DNA from: a virus
Virus record (IMG/VR): IMGVR_UViG_3300045988_044939
DNA length: 45,701 bases
Strand: one strand, 5' to 3'
Shown here: piece by piece, positions 8,172 through 16,760 of the stretch
Layout: each line of letters begins with the position of its first letter
Numbering within the stretch: the first letter of the stretch is position 1
Notes under the pieces: model-generated
Seen by the model: only the letters and a program-made list of their open reading frames with translations
Databases searched by the model: none
Told to the model about the DNA's origin: nothing
Translations under genes and position numbers: made by a program

Positions 8172-8380
8172 TTGTAACCATGTAACCGTTGTAACACGAA
8201 AAAAAACGTCCTATAGGAGAAAGTTTGAGAGTGTATAAAAAACATATACTCTAGTGATTCTCCTATATGAAAACCTTGGTTACATTGGTTACACGGTTAC
8301 ATACCTCTGAAACCCGCATAAAATAAGGGTTTTTGGCGTAACCAATAGGTCGAAAAAGTCGGTTACACGTTGGTTACAAA
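8172..8380. repeat. iteron field, putative replication origin
   Basis: Nine GGTTAC/GTAACC copies: tgtaacca, tgtaaccg and gtaaca at 8172-8196; ggttaca x3 at 8278-8303; gtaacc at 8338; ggttaca x2 at 8361-8379. Also an inverted repeat CTATAGGAGA (8211-8220) / TCTCCTATA (8260-8268). The region is noncoding and lies between the two helicase genes. Confidence 0.6.
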
Positions 8381-8477
8381 ATTAAAAAGCATATACAATT
8401 AGATTTATTATAGCAAAATTAATTGAATATTACAAAAATATTTAGTTGACATAATTATTACAAGGAGTGATTACAAA

Positions 8478-9878
8478 ATGAAAAAAGACGATCTCAATAA
8501 AAAGCAGAGATATGCATTAGATACGATGCTGTCTGGCAGCAATGTTTTTCTGACAGGTGACGCAGGAACAGGCAAGACAACGGTTATTCAAACGTTCATC
8601 GATGAGGCGGAAAAAGCTGGTAAAAATGTTCTGGTATCCGCCACTACTGGAATTGCAGCGGATAATATCGGATATGGGGCAACTACCGTACACCGGGCAT
8701 TGAATATTTCAATTAAATTTGAGGACTATAAGAAAAAGGTGAAATCCAGAGCTGAACTTCTGAAAGAAGCAGATGTTCTTATCATTGATGAAATCAGCAT
8801 GTGCCGGTTCGATTTGTTCAATATGATTGCAAAGACGATCATCACGGAGAATGAAGATAGAGCAGTTGACAGACTTCTAATCGGAGAGGACAAAGAAGAC
8901 ATTCAGTTAATCGTGATAGGCGATTTCTACCAGCTTCCCCCAGTTATCACGACAGATGACCGCAAAATTCTCTGCCGGATGTATGGATCTGATTATGGAA
9001 AGGGCGGAAAGTACGAACACGGATATGCCTTCATGTCTGAATACTGGAAAGATATGTCATTCGAATATATTAAGCTTGATGAAGTATGCAGGCAGAATGA
9101 TGAGGGATTTAAGTATGTGCTGAATGATATTAAATATGGCAACAATATTAGAAAATCCATTGCATATCTGGAGAACAACGAATCAGACAAGGTTATACCG
9201 GAAGCACCGTTCTTGGTTGGCACTAATGCAGAAGCTGACAGAATTAACAATACTTTCCTTGGCAAGTTGGATAAAAAGACCGAAAAAGTGTTTCATGCAG
9301 CAGTTGACGGCGAGCTAACATCTGCCGATATTAAGAACATTGCATTTGCCAGAGAGGACTTAATTCTTAACATCGGTGCAAAAGTGATGATTACAGTCAA
9401 TGATCTGTCTGGAAACTACGTTAATGGAACGATTGGCATCATTCAGAAAATTGTGGAAAACGGAGAATTTGAGGAATCTTATCTGGTTATCAAGACTGAT
9501 AAGGGCAAAACAGTTAGCTTGTACAGATACAGCAAAGACATTGAGAAACAGGTTATTGAGGAATCTGAACAGGAAAAAGACGGTCAGAAAATCGTAAAAG
9601 AGAAGATTGTCCGCAAAAAAGTAGGTTCTTTCTCTCAGTTCCCAGTGAAACTTGCCTGGGCGATCAGTATTCATAAATCACAGGGACAGACATTCGAAAA
9701 AATCAACATTGATCCTTGCTGTTGGGATCCTGGGCAGTTCTATGTGGCTGTTTCCCGGGCAAAATCCGCTAATGGTATACATTTTATCAGACCGATAAAA
9801 CAAAGCTATATTAAGGCGTTTAATAAGGATAACGAGCGACTTCTTGAACAGAGTTTTGAGGTAGAAGAAGGTGTATAA
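8478..9878 (+). CDS. Pif1/RecD-like SF1 DNA helicase
   Basis: GDAGTGKTT (Walker A), LIIDEISM (Walker B), and C-terminal AISIHKSQGQTF plus YVAVSRA motifs typical of AAA_30/UvrD_C_2 helicases. Confidence 0.85.
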   Translation: MKKDDLNKKQRYALDTMLSGSNVFLTGDAGTGKTTVIQTFIDEAEKAGKNVLVSATTGIAADNIGYGATTVHRALNISIKFEDYKKKVKSRAELLKEADVLIIDEISMCRFDLFNMIAKTIITENEDRAVDRLLIGEDKEDIQLIVIGDFYQLPPVITTDDRKILCRMYGSDYGKGGKYEHGYAFMSEYWKDMSFEYIKLDEVCRQNDEGFKYVLNDIKYGNNIRKSIAYLENNESDKVIPEAPFLVGTNAEADRINNTFLGKLDKKTEKVFHAAVDGELTSADIKNIAFAREDLILNIGAKVMITVNDLSGNYVNGTIGIIQKIVENGEFEESYLVIKTDKGKTVSLYRYSKDIEKQVIEESEQEKDGQKIVKEKIVRKKVGSFSQFPVKLAWAISIHKSQGQTFEKINIDPCCWDPGQFYVAVSRAKSANGIHFIRPIKQSYIKAFNKDNERLLEQSFEVEEGV

Positions 9879-9880
9879 GT

Positions 9881-10150
9881 ATGAGAGTGACACACGAGCA
9901 GATACCGAACACTATTAAGTTCTTGCAGATTGACTTCCCGGCACTGGTTCTCCAGACTGCCGGAATCGAAGAAAATGATGAATACTGGCAGCAGGTGACA
10001 GAGCAGATTCATATCGTGTCAGAAAAATATCGAAAAAACGGGTTTGTAGACCATATGCTATTGGCTTATGCGGATTATCTCGAAAAAATGTTTAAAAGAG
10101 CGCAGAAGATGAAAGAGGAGCGTGAGAAAAATGTACAAACAGAAGTATAA
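9881..10150 (+). CDS. hypothetical protein
   Basis: ORF tightly packed after the helicase gene. Confidence 0.5.
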   Translation: MRVTHEQIPNTIKFLQIDFPALVLQTAGIEENDEYWQQVTEQIHIVSEKYRKNGFVDHMLLAYADYLEKMFKRAQKMKEEREKNVQTEV

Positions 10151-10397
10151 AGAAGGTCAGCAGATCCATAAAGACATATATCTGTACATCTGTCGGTATA
10201 TCAAAGAACATCGGTACGCACCGTCCTATAAAGAGATTGCTGACGGCGTCGGCGTATCAAATGCCACGGTGCTTCGCCACATGGACATGCTGCGAACGGA
10301 TGGATTGATCGAAACGGATCACCCGAAGACACCGAGAGCGTTCCGGTTGACAGGATATGAGTTCGTTGCAAGGAGGAAGAAACATGAAACTGTATGA
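10131..10397 (+). CDS. LexA-N-terminal-like winged-helix DNA-binding protein (paralog 1)
   Basis: YICRYIKEHRYAPSYKEIADGVGVSNATVLRHMDMLRTDGLIE resembles the LexA DNA-binding domain. Paralogous to 11591..11845. Confidence 0.6.
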   Translation: MYKQKYKEGQQIHKDIYLYICRYIKEHRYAPSYKEIADGVGVSNATVLRHMDMLRTDGLIETDHPKTPRAFRLTGYEFVARRKKHETV

Positions 10398-10634
10398 GCT
10401 ATTCAAAGGCACTGAGTACATTGGAGAGTTCACTCTTGACGAGATCATAAGCATCACAGGAGCACATCGGAGTGCACTACTCACAGCGTGGCGCGCGGTG
10501 TCCTCGTAAATGACTTGTGGGACATCTCTCCGGCTTATGATCGGACTTTAAACCGGAATGACGACAATTCATTGCTTAAGCAGTTTGAAGCCGTTGCAGG
10601 GCAGATTAGGAGGTGCGTGAAGCGTGAGCAGTAA
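10384..10634 (+). pseudogene. frameshifted paralog of 11842..12102
   Basis: MKLYELF... stops at 10507-10509. The -1 frame continues as ...VNDLWDISPAYDRTLNRNDDNSLLKQFEAVAGQIRR, which aligns with the C-terminal half of the 86-aa paralog (DKDMLAQFDLLTSKLRK). Confidence 0.55.
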
Positions 10635-11010
10635 GCTAAAGGCGAAGCCACGAAAGCAGAAATTTCCTCTAGCTCAGTCCAACCAGGCAGCTCAGGCATT
10701 TGGACGAGCTATGCAGAACTGCCACAGCCAGATCAAAAGCATGGAGAAAGAAGCTTATGAGAATGGATTTAATGACGGAGAAGATTGGGCTGATACGATT
10801 AACGTTGTTACAACCATGATGGCTCTGAGACGTTTATATGGCTTTTCTACGAAACGTTTGCTCACAGTCATGCAGACTGCTAACGAGTACGTTAAAATGG
10901 CAAATAGGGGCGAAATGAGCGTTCTGAGTATGATGCAGGACATTGAAGAGAACACAGATATAATATTTGATGAGATGAATAAGAATCTGGTCAAGAAGAT
11001 GGGAGTATAA
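10624..11010 (+). CDS. hypothetical protein
   Basis: GTG 10624 lies 7 nt after AGGAGGTG. Confidence 0.55.
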   Translation: MSSKLKAKPRKQKFPLAQSNQAAQAFGRAMQNCHSQIKSMEKEAYENGFNDGEDWADTINVVTTMMALRRLYGFSTKRLLTVMQTANEYVKMANRGEMSVLSMMQDIEENTDIIFDEMNKNLVKKMGV

Positions 11011-11109
11011 AATCATGTACTAACTACACAATAACGTGTCAGTTGATTACATGGGGAAAGTGAGGATGGAAAATGTTAATTAGAAGTCAGGGCAAGGAAA
11101 TTTTAGCTA
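11009..11109. repeat. about 100-bp dispersed direct repeat, copy 1 (with 13560..13660)
   Basis: The core 11031-11109 versus 13582-13660 has about 10 mismatches in 79 nt. Copy 1 keeps a relic of the last codons of the PAPS-reductase-like gene (TITCQLITWGK* versus TIACQLLTWGK*). Confidence 0.8.
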
Positions 11110-11594
11110 ATATGGAAGGCTCGATTGCTATAGAGATTTTAGGCGACGGTAAGGGACATGCAACCATGTATTGGAAAGATAGCTATGTGCTTGGGGTTTA
11201 TTCATCGAAAGAAAAATCCATGAAAGCACATGGGCTGTATTCGGAAGAGAATAAGAACGGATACAAGATTGACTTCTTTCACTGTCCGGTATCGCAGCTT
11301 GATGAAAAAGAACGAGAATACATCCAAAAAGCCATTGATGCCGGATGGATTGTAAAAAACAAGACTGGCGGTGGACAGGATGAAGGGAAAGAAAAGATTG
11401 CTGATTACCGACCGGCAAAAGGATATCGTGATGGCATCCAACAAGGCAAGAAAACTCTGGCCCGTGATTTATCACATATCATTGATACTCATTTGCAAAT
11501 TACCCTGAAGCCAGAAAAGCAGCACAATAAAACTTCAATCAAAGCTTTTGAGAAATTTAGAGAAATGCTTGATGAAAGGAACTACGAGAAATGA
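11073..11594 (+). CDS. hypothetical protein, MLIRSQ paralog 1
   Basis: N-terminus MLIRSQGKEILA... is paralogous to 13624..13971 (MLIRSQNKEVLV...). Confidence 0.6.
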   Translation: MLIRSQGKEILANMEGSIAIEILGDGKGHATMYWKDSYVLGVYSSKEKSMKAHGLYSEENKNGYKIDFFHCPVSQLDEKEREYIQKAIDAGWIVKNKTGGGQDEGKEKIADYRPAKGYRDGIQQGKKTLARDLSHIIDTHLQITLKPEKQHNKTSIKAFEKFREMLDERNYEK

Positions 11595-11845
11595 CTATAC
11601 GTGAAATAGAGAGCAGAAAGCACATGGAATACAAACAGAATCGTAAAGATATTTATTATTTCATCGTAAAATACGAAAAACGCAAAGGCAAAATGCCACA
11701 GATCAAAACGATAGCTGAGGAATTGGACTTAAGCCCCAGTGCAGTTCAGAGACATTTACGCCAGTTTGCGGATGATGGACTGATTGAATTTTCGGGGAGC
11801 AATTCTCACAGAAAATACCGGCTGATAAGAAAGAACGAAAGATGA
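11591..11845 (+). CDS. LexA-N-terminal-like winged-helix DNA-binding protein (paralog 2)
   Basis: IKTIAEELDLSPSAVQRHLRQFADDGLIE; same architecture as 10131..10397. Confidence 0.6.
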   Translation: MTIREIESRKHMEYKQNRKDIYYFIVKYEKRKGKMPQIKTIAEELDLSPSAVQRHLRQFADDGLIEFSGSNSHRKYRLIRKNER

Positions 11846-12102
11846 AGCTTTACGATCTGTACACCTTAGATGGGATGTTCGTAGATACGCTTACCCGGAA
11901 AGAAGCTGTTGAAAGGTTCAGTCTTTCCGGGTGGGACTTCAAATCAAAAATAGACTACAGAGAATCTATCAATGGTGAATATTACCTGGATGATTCGGAA
12001 GACGATATCACTGTTAGAAAGCACAAGGACAAAGACATGCTTGCACAGTTTGACTTACTCACATCGAAGTTGAGAAAAATATTAAAAGCGGAGGGAAAAT
12101 AA
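11842..12102 (+). CDS. hypothetical protein (intact MKLY paralog)
   Basis: ATGA overlap with the upstream gene. N-terminus MKLYDLY is paralogous to 10384. Confidence 0.55.
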   Translation: MKLYDLYTLDGMFVDTLTRKEAVERFSLSGWDFKSKIDYRESINGEYYLDDSEDDITVRKHKDKDMLAQFDLLTSKLRKILKAEGK

Positions 12103-12464
12103 TGGCAGAGAATTGTAATGAATGTAGTATCGCATGGATACGTGGAAGCGATTATGCCGAGGTATCAGCGTACAATGGAAGCACTTTAAAGAATCGAACA
12201 CTTAAACTGAAAGAAGAAAACCCGGAAGATGTGAAGGTTATCGCAATTAACAAAGATGGCTCGATTTTCGCTCATGTTCCGAGAAAATACGTGCCAAATT
12301 TACGAGCCCCGAGAAAACTGACCGAAGAGCAGAGGGCGGAACTGGTTGAGCGAGGAAAGAACATGTCGAAATGGAAAGTAACTGATGTAGAAGAAACGCC
12401 AGATTTCGATTTTGACGATAAGGATGAAGAAATCCTCGATGGTGAAGATAAAATCGGTTTTTAG
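12102..12464 (+). CDS. hypothetical protein with acidic C-terminus
   Basis: TAATG overlap with the previous gene. Confidence 0.55.
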   Translation: MAENCNECSIAWIRGSDYAEVSAYNGSTLKNRTLKLKEENPEDVKVIAINKDGSIFAHVPRKYVPNLRAPRKLTEEQRAELVERGKNMSKWKVTDVEETPDFDFDDKDEEILDGEDKIGF

Positions 12465-12472
12465 GAGAAAAA

Positions 12473-12724
12473 ATGAGAGTAGATGTTCAGATGAGGAATA
12501 ATGCCATAACGATTCAAGGATTGAGGGTGTATCTGGCAGAAAGGTACGGGATCCGCAAAGGGAATCGTATCAAGTACACAGAACGCGGAGAGGAAAAAGT
12601 GGAACACATTTATGAGGTCGATGCGATTTATCCGCATTGTGTGTTGCTGCGAGATATTTTCGATAACACAAGGATTTGCCCGTGTTACGGAAAATTAAGA
12701 ATGATGTTGAATGAAATCGAGTAA
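12473..12724 (+). CDS. hypothetical protein
   Basis: ATG 12473 after AGGAGAAAAA. Confidence 0.55.
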   Translation: MRVDVQMRNNAITIQGLRVYLAERYGIRKGNRIKYTERGEEKVEHIYEVDAIYPHCVLLRDIFDNTRICPCYGKLRMMLNEIE

Positions 12725-12903
12725 ATATGAAGATGGTTAAAAGAAAGGAATAACGAATCCTCGGTAAACCGAGGTTGTATCAAGATTAGTATGGTGAATT
12801 GATACATAAAGTTTGGCGGAGTGGCCGTGCCTAAGTAAGCACTTAATAATGAATCCAAGCCGATTGCCAGACTATCCACGCACAGGATTTGTAGCGTGGT
12901 GTT

Positions 12904-13614
12904 ATGAAAGTATGTTGGTTTTCAACAGGAATAAGCAGTTTTGTAGCGTGTTATCTGGCAAAGGATGTTGACGAGATTATCTATACTCATGTATCGAATC
13001 AGCATCCCGACAGCCTGAGATTCTTGCATGATTGTGAGAAGTTGTTGGGAAGAAAGATAACGATAATCCAGTCAGATAGGTTTGACTCAGTGGATGACGT
13101 GATGGAGTTCACGCACACAATGAATACTCCGTTTGGCTCTCCATGTACGAGATATTTGAAGAAAGAAGTAAGAAAAAAATGGGAATCCGAGCATCCAGAT
13201 CACCACACCTACGTATGGGGGTTCGATGTGAATGAAAAGAGCAGAGCAGAGAATACCTGCAAGGCTCTGAGCGATTACGACCATGAGTTTCCATTGATTG
13301 AACATGGATTAACTAAACAAGAAGCGCACGGAATAGCGGACAGGTTAGGATTGAAACGTCCAGTTATGTACGAATTAGGATATCCGAACAATAATTGCAT
13401 CGGATGTGTAAAAGGTGGCATGGGTTACTGGAATAAAATCAGATTGGACTTCCCAGAAGTATTTCAAAAGCGTGCGGAGCAAGAGCGTAGATTTGGAAGA
13501 AGCTGCATAAATGGCGTATTCCTTGATGAATTAGAACCAGACAGAGGAAACATAAATACAGAAATCATGGAGGACTGCACAATAGCGTGCCAGTTGCTTA
13601 CATGGGGAAAGTGA
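12904..13614 (+). CDS. PAPS-reductase-family / PP-loop (adenine nucleotide alpha-hydrolase) protein
   Basis: The N-terminal VCWFSTGISSFVACYLA resembles the SGGxxS PP-loop of phage PAPS_reduct-type proteins. There are also C-terminal Cys clusters (NNCIGCVKGG, EDCTIAC). Confidence 0.55.
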   Translation: MKVCWFSTGISSFVACYLAKDVDEIIYTHVSNQHPDSLRFLHDCEKLLGRKITIIQSDRFDSVDDVMEFTHTMNTPFGSPCTRYLKKEVRKKWESEHPDHHTYVWGFDVNEKSRAENTCKALSDYDHEFPLIEHGLTKQEAHGIADRLGLKRPVMYELGYPNNNCIGCVKGGMGYWNKIRLDFPEVFQKRAEQERRFGRSCINGVFLDELEPDRGNINTEIMEDCTIACQLLTWGK

Positions 13615-13660
13615 GGATGTAAAATGTTAATCAGAAGTCAGAACAAGGAAGTTTTAGTTA
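13560..13660. repeat. about 100-bp dispersed direct repeat, copy 2
   Basis: See 11009..11109. Spans the 3-prime end of 12904..13614 and the 5-prime end of 13624..13971. Confidence 0.8.
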
Positions 13661-13971
13661 CACTTGAACTTTTACTCGATATCGAAGTTTCAGGTGGAAT
13701 AATAAGCGCAAGAAGAGATATGGGATGGTGTTGTTTGCTCGGAGAATATTCTACCAAAGAAAAAGCCATGAAAGTACTGGATATGATTCAGGATGCATAC
13801 ATGGAATACAAATCTGGTGAAATTGTTGGCAATGGGCTGGCGGGATCAGCATACACAGGAAGCTATGATACAAAAGAAAGTGTGGCGCATGGAATTGCTG
13901 TATTAAAAGGCTATGGAAATGAGATAAGAAAATCAATCCTGTTTCAGATGCCAGAAGATTCGGAGGTATAA
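13624..13971 (+). CDS. hypothetical protein, MLIRSQ paralog 2
   Basis: Paralog of 11073..11594. Confidence 0.6.
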   Translation: MLIRSQNKEVLVTLELLLDIEVSGGIISARRDMGWCCLLGEYSTKEKAMKVLDMIQDAYMEYKSGEIVGNGLAGSAYTGSYDTKESVAHGIAVLKGYGNEIRKSILFQMPEDSEV

Positions 13972-13973
13972 GC

Positions 13974-14381
13974 ATGAGCCATATCAAAGACAGATTATCG
14001 GATTATCATGATTTCATGAAGAAACTTGCGGATGACCACCAGATGGTTTTGGCAAGCGATGTTCTTGAAATGATAGAGCAGCTTCAAGACGATCTGGAAC
14101 AGGACGAGAAAGAAAATGGTTGGATTCCAGTCAGTGAGAAATTGCCGGAAGAATACGATTCTATATTTGCAAAGTTTAAAGGAACAGATAACTGGAAAAG
14201 AGGAATGTTCGAAAAAACATCTAAATATGTGATTGCTACAGTTGTATTTGACGATGGAACAGTATTGGTAGAGCAGGCACATACTACTGATGGAATTTGG
14301 AGAACGGATAAAAAAGTTTTAGGCGGAACAGTAGTTGCATGGATGGACTATCCAAAACCATATAAGGAGGACAGATCATGA
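13974..14381 (+). CDS. DUF551-like phage protein
   Basis: WIPVSEKLPEE ... VVAWMDYPKPY matches the DUF551 pattern. Confidence 0.55.
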   Translation: MSHIKDRLSDYHDFMKKLADDHQMVLASDVLEMIEQLQDDLEQDEKENGWIPVSEKLPEEYDSIFAKFKGTDNWKRGMFEKTSKYVIATVVFDDGTVLVEQAHTTDGIWRTDKKVLGGTVVAWMDYPKPYKEDRS

Positions 14382-14479
14382 TTACATTCTTATTAGGATT
14401 CACCCTTGGAATCATATTCGGAGTGGTCGGTCTTGCATGTGCAGCGATCATGTACGACAAGCACCACCCAGACGATTAG
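14378..14479 (+). CDS. 33-aa membrane peptide
   Basis: ATG 14378 lies 7 nt after AAGGAGG. Product is MITFLLGFTLGIIFGVVGLACAAIMYDKHHPDD; stop TAG 14477-14479. Confidence 0.5.
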   Translation: MITFLLGFTLGIIFGVVGLACAAIMYDKHHPDD

Positions 14480-14492
14480 AAAGGAGAACGGT

Positions 14493-14810
14493 ATGCTGAC
14501 AAGGAACAAAAAGCTGAAAGACTACGGTATTCCGGCAGAGGACATAGAAAAACTGAATACGATGCTGAAAGACTTCCCGGCAGAGTACGGATATCTGCTT
14601 TCCAGTGCCGCCTTGTCAGCTTGCCCGAAAAACACGGTGATAGCGGATATGGTTATCGAGAATATCCTACACCGGAAAAGTTACAGAAAAATTAGTAGAG
14701 AAAAATATATTCCGATGAACCCAAAGGACTTTTACGGATACAGGCGTAAGACCGTCGCTGTACTGTATGAGAGAATGCGGTTGTTGGGAGTGTGGGAGGA
14801 GGAAAAATGA
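14493..14810 (+). CDS. hypothetical protein
   Basis: ATG 14493 after GAAAGGAGAA. The ORF-track N-terminal extension from 14406 has no RBS and overlaps the peptide gene. Confidence 0.55.
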   Translation: MLTRNKKLKDYGIPAEDIEKLNTMLKDFPAEYGYLLSSAALSACPKNTVIADMVIENILHRKSYRKISREKYIPMNPKDFYGYRRKTVAVLYERMRLLGVWEEEK

Positions 14811-15022
14811 AATTAATTGAATTATTGACAGCAATCGGCGTAAGTGATAACAGTTGTGAGAAAATCCAGATATGTCAACCCGGCAGAGGATGGGACGATT
14901 ACGATATATTCAATGCCGGTTCAAAGCTGCTGAAACCATTTTATGACTTGAAAGTAAGCTGCCTTTCAGCGATAGAAACAGATGTGATTAGAGTTGACTT
15001 GGATTTTAATGAGAAAGGTTGA
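14807..15022 (+). CDS. hypothetical protein
   Basis: ATG 14807 after GGGAGGAGG, with ATGA overlap. Confidence 0.55.
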   Translation: MKLIELLTAIGVSDNSCEKIQICQPGRGWDDYDIFNAGSKLLKPFYDLKVSCLSAIETDVIRVDLDFNEKG

Positions 15023-15255
15023 TGGAAATGTGCTTAATAGATGCAGACGAATTAATCAAATACATCAAAATTTGGGAGATTGGAACAAGTATTAGTTCTG
15101 ACCAGAAAGAGTTTATTGATTGCGTTAACAAGCAGCCGACAGCTTTTGATGTGGATGAAGTTGTTGAGCAATTAGAGAATTATTTATTTGAAAAATATTG
15201 CATAGAAGGAGATGCAACAATTGATGAAATCGTGAAAGGTGGTGGAGTTGAATGA
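15022..15255 (+). CDS. hypothetical protein
   Basis: Start is ATG 15022 or 15028, after GAGAAAGG. Confidence 0.5.
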   Translation: MEMCLIDADELIKYIKIWEIGTSISSDQKEFIDCVNKQPTAFDVDEVVEQLENYLFEKYCIEGDATIDEIVKGGGVE

Positions 15256-15656
15256 GAGAAATTCTTTTCAAGGGAAAGCGGAAAGATGGCGGAAAATGGA
15301 TTGAGGGATATTATCAGAAAAGATATGACCTTTTAGGAAACGAAGAACACTTAATCTTCCACGCTGATAGTTATAACGTGTGGGAATATGCGGAAGTTGA
15401 TCCAGAAACACTCTGCCAGTTCACGGGACTTTGCGACAAGAACGGGAAGAAAATTTGGGAAAATGATGTCATTCAGTATGGCACAGTTGCGGCTGTTGCT
15501 AAGTTCGGAGAATACGGTAATGGAGGTTTAGGATTTTATGTAGATTTTCCAGAAGAAACAAATTATCGAAAAGATTTTTCGTACTGGGCGAAGAAAGTGG
15601 TGGTTATCGGAAATGCTTTTGATGATCAGGAATTATTGCAGGAGGTACCAGAATGA
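15252..15656 (+). CDS. YopX-family protein
   Basis: MREILFKGKRKDGGKWIEGYY ... QFTGLCDKNGKKIWENDVI is the typical YopX N-terminus. Confidence 0.7.
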   Translation: MREILFKGKRKDGGKWIEGYYQKRYDLLGNEEHLIFHADSYNVWEYAEVDPETLCQFTGLCDKNGKKIWENDVIQYGTVAAVAKFGEYGNGGLGFYVDFPEETNYRKDFSYWAKKVVVIGNAFDDQELLQEVPE

Positions 15657-15952
15657 GTAAATCAGTATTAGTGATTGATACACCAGAAACTTGTGTAGAT
15701 TGTATATTTTGTCAAGAATACAGTACAAAAAGTAGAGAATATGCATATTGCTATGTAACAAATGGGGATAGCGAAAATGACATGAAACCAATTGACTGTA
15801 TATATGGATATCGTCAATCTAAACCCGATTGGTGTCCACTTATGGAATTGCCAGAGAAAGACAATGGAGATTATCCGGCCAATACATTTGATGCAGGATT
15901 TGTGGAGGGCTGGAATCAGTGTATTGATGAGATTACGGGAGGAATGGATTAA
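15653..15952 (+). CDS. Cys-rich hypothetical protein
   Basis: ATGA overlap; contains CVDCIFC and other Cys residues. Confidence 0.5.
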   Translation: MSKSVLVIDTPETCVDCIFCQEYSTKSREYAYCYVTNGDSENDMKPIDCIYGYRQSKPDWCPLMELPEKDNGDYPANTFDAGFVEGWNQCIDEITGGMD

Positions 15953-16146
15953 TGGCATACGCAAAGAAATGTGACAGATGTGGAAAACTGTACGATGAGT
16001 ACAATTTTAAGAATGATGAAATGAATCCTAATGGGATTATGGTATTAAATTTGGACTATCAAAGAAAATTTTATTCACATACCGCTATAGATTTATGCCC
16101 CGATTGTATGAAAGAATTTCAGGATTGGATGGAAGAGGTGAAGTAG
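15952..16146 (+). CDS. zinc-ribbon protein
   Basis: CDRCGK ... CPDC four-Cys ribbon. Confidence 0.55.
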   Translation: MAYAKKCDRCGKLYDEYNFKNDEMNPNGIMVLNLDYQRKFYSHTAIDLCPDCMKEFQDWMEEVK

Positions 16147-16602
16147 ATGGAGAGATTAACGAAATTGAAAAATGGAAGGATTACTTATAACGAAAAAAGA
16201 AATCCTGTGTTTGAATGTGGTGAATTTTGCGATAACTGCCCAACTGGTACAGCATATTGTAGGACTATGAAAAAAATGATTCGTAAACTTGCCACTTATG
16301 AAGACTTAGAAGAACAGGGCTTGCTTGTGAGATTGCCGGTTAAAATCGGTGACGATATTTATAAAATTCCAAGCAAAGCGAATTACGATTTAAATGTTCT
16401 GAATGGATATAAATTAAATAACAGAGTATATCATCAAAAAGTTTACAACATTGTATTTTCACAAAGTGGTTGGTTTGTACAGTGTGATAAAGACAGCATT
16501 TATACCCCAAACGTTATTTGTGTTGACGTAGAATACGGGAAAACATGGTTCCTCACTCGTGAAGAAGCTGAGAAGAAGTTGGAGGAGATGAAGAATGGCT
16601 GA
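16147..16602 (+). CDS. hypothetical protein
   Basis: ATG immediately follows the previous stop. Confidence 0.55.
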   Translation: MERLTKLKNGRITYNEKRNPVFECGEFCDNCPTGTAYCRTMKKMIRKLATYEDLEEQGLLVRLPVKIGDDIYKIPSKANYDLNVLNGYKLNNRVYHQKVYNIVFSQSGWFVQCDKDSIYTPNVICVDVEYGKTWFLTREEAEKKLEEMKNG

Positions 16603-16759
16603 ATATGTTAAAAAATCAGATGTAATAAAAATCATGGAGGATAATTCTTACATTATGGAAGTGTTTGGTGTTAAAAAGAAAATGATTGATGGGTTTGCGA
16701 TGTGTTGTGATTTTGCAGACTTAAAAATTGTCGAGATTGATGATGAAGAGGTAGATTAA
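16595..16759 (+). CDS. 54-aa hypothetical protein
   Basis: ATG 16595 after GGAGGAG, overlapping the previous stop. Confidence 0.45.
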   Translation: MAEYVKKSDVIKIMEDNSYIMEVFGVKKKMIDGFAMCCDFADLKIVEIDDEEVD

Positions 16760-16760
16760 T

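Noticed and set aside
8172-8380. Possible CRISPR-like array, suggested by the many short repeats
   Set aside because: The repeat units are 6-7 bp, irregularly spaced and in mixed orientation, with no spacer-repeat periodicity. This fits iterons.
14406-14492. N-terminal extension of ORF 14406..14810
   Set aside because: It has no RBS and overlaps the RBS-backed 33-aa membrane peptide gene. ATG 14493 follows GAAAGGAGAA.
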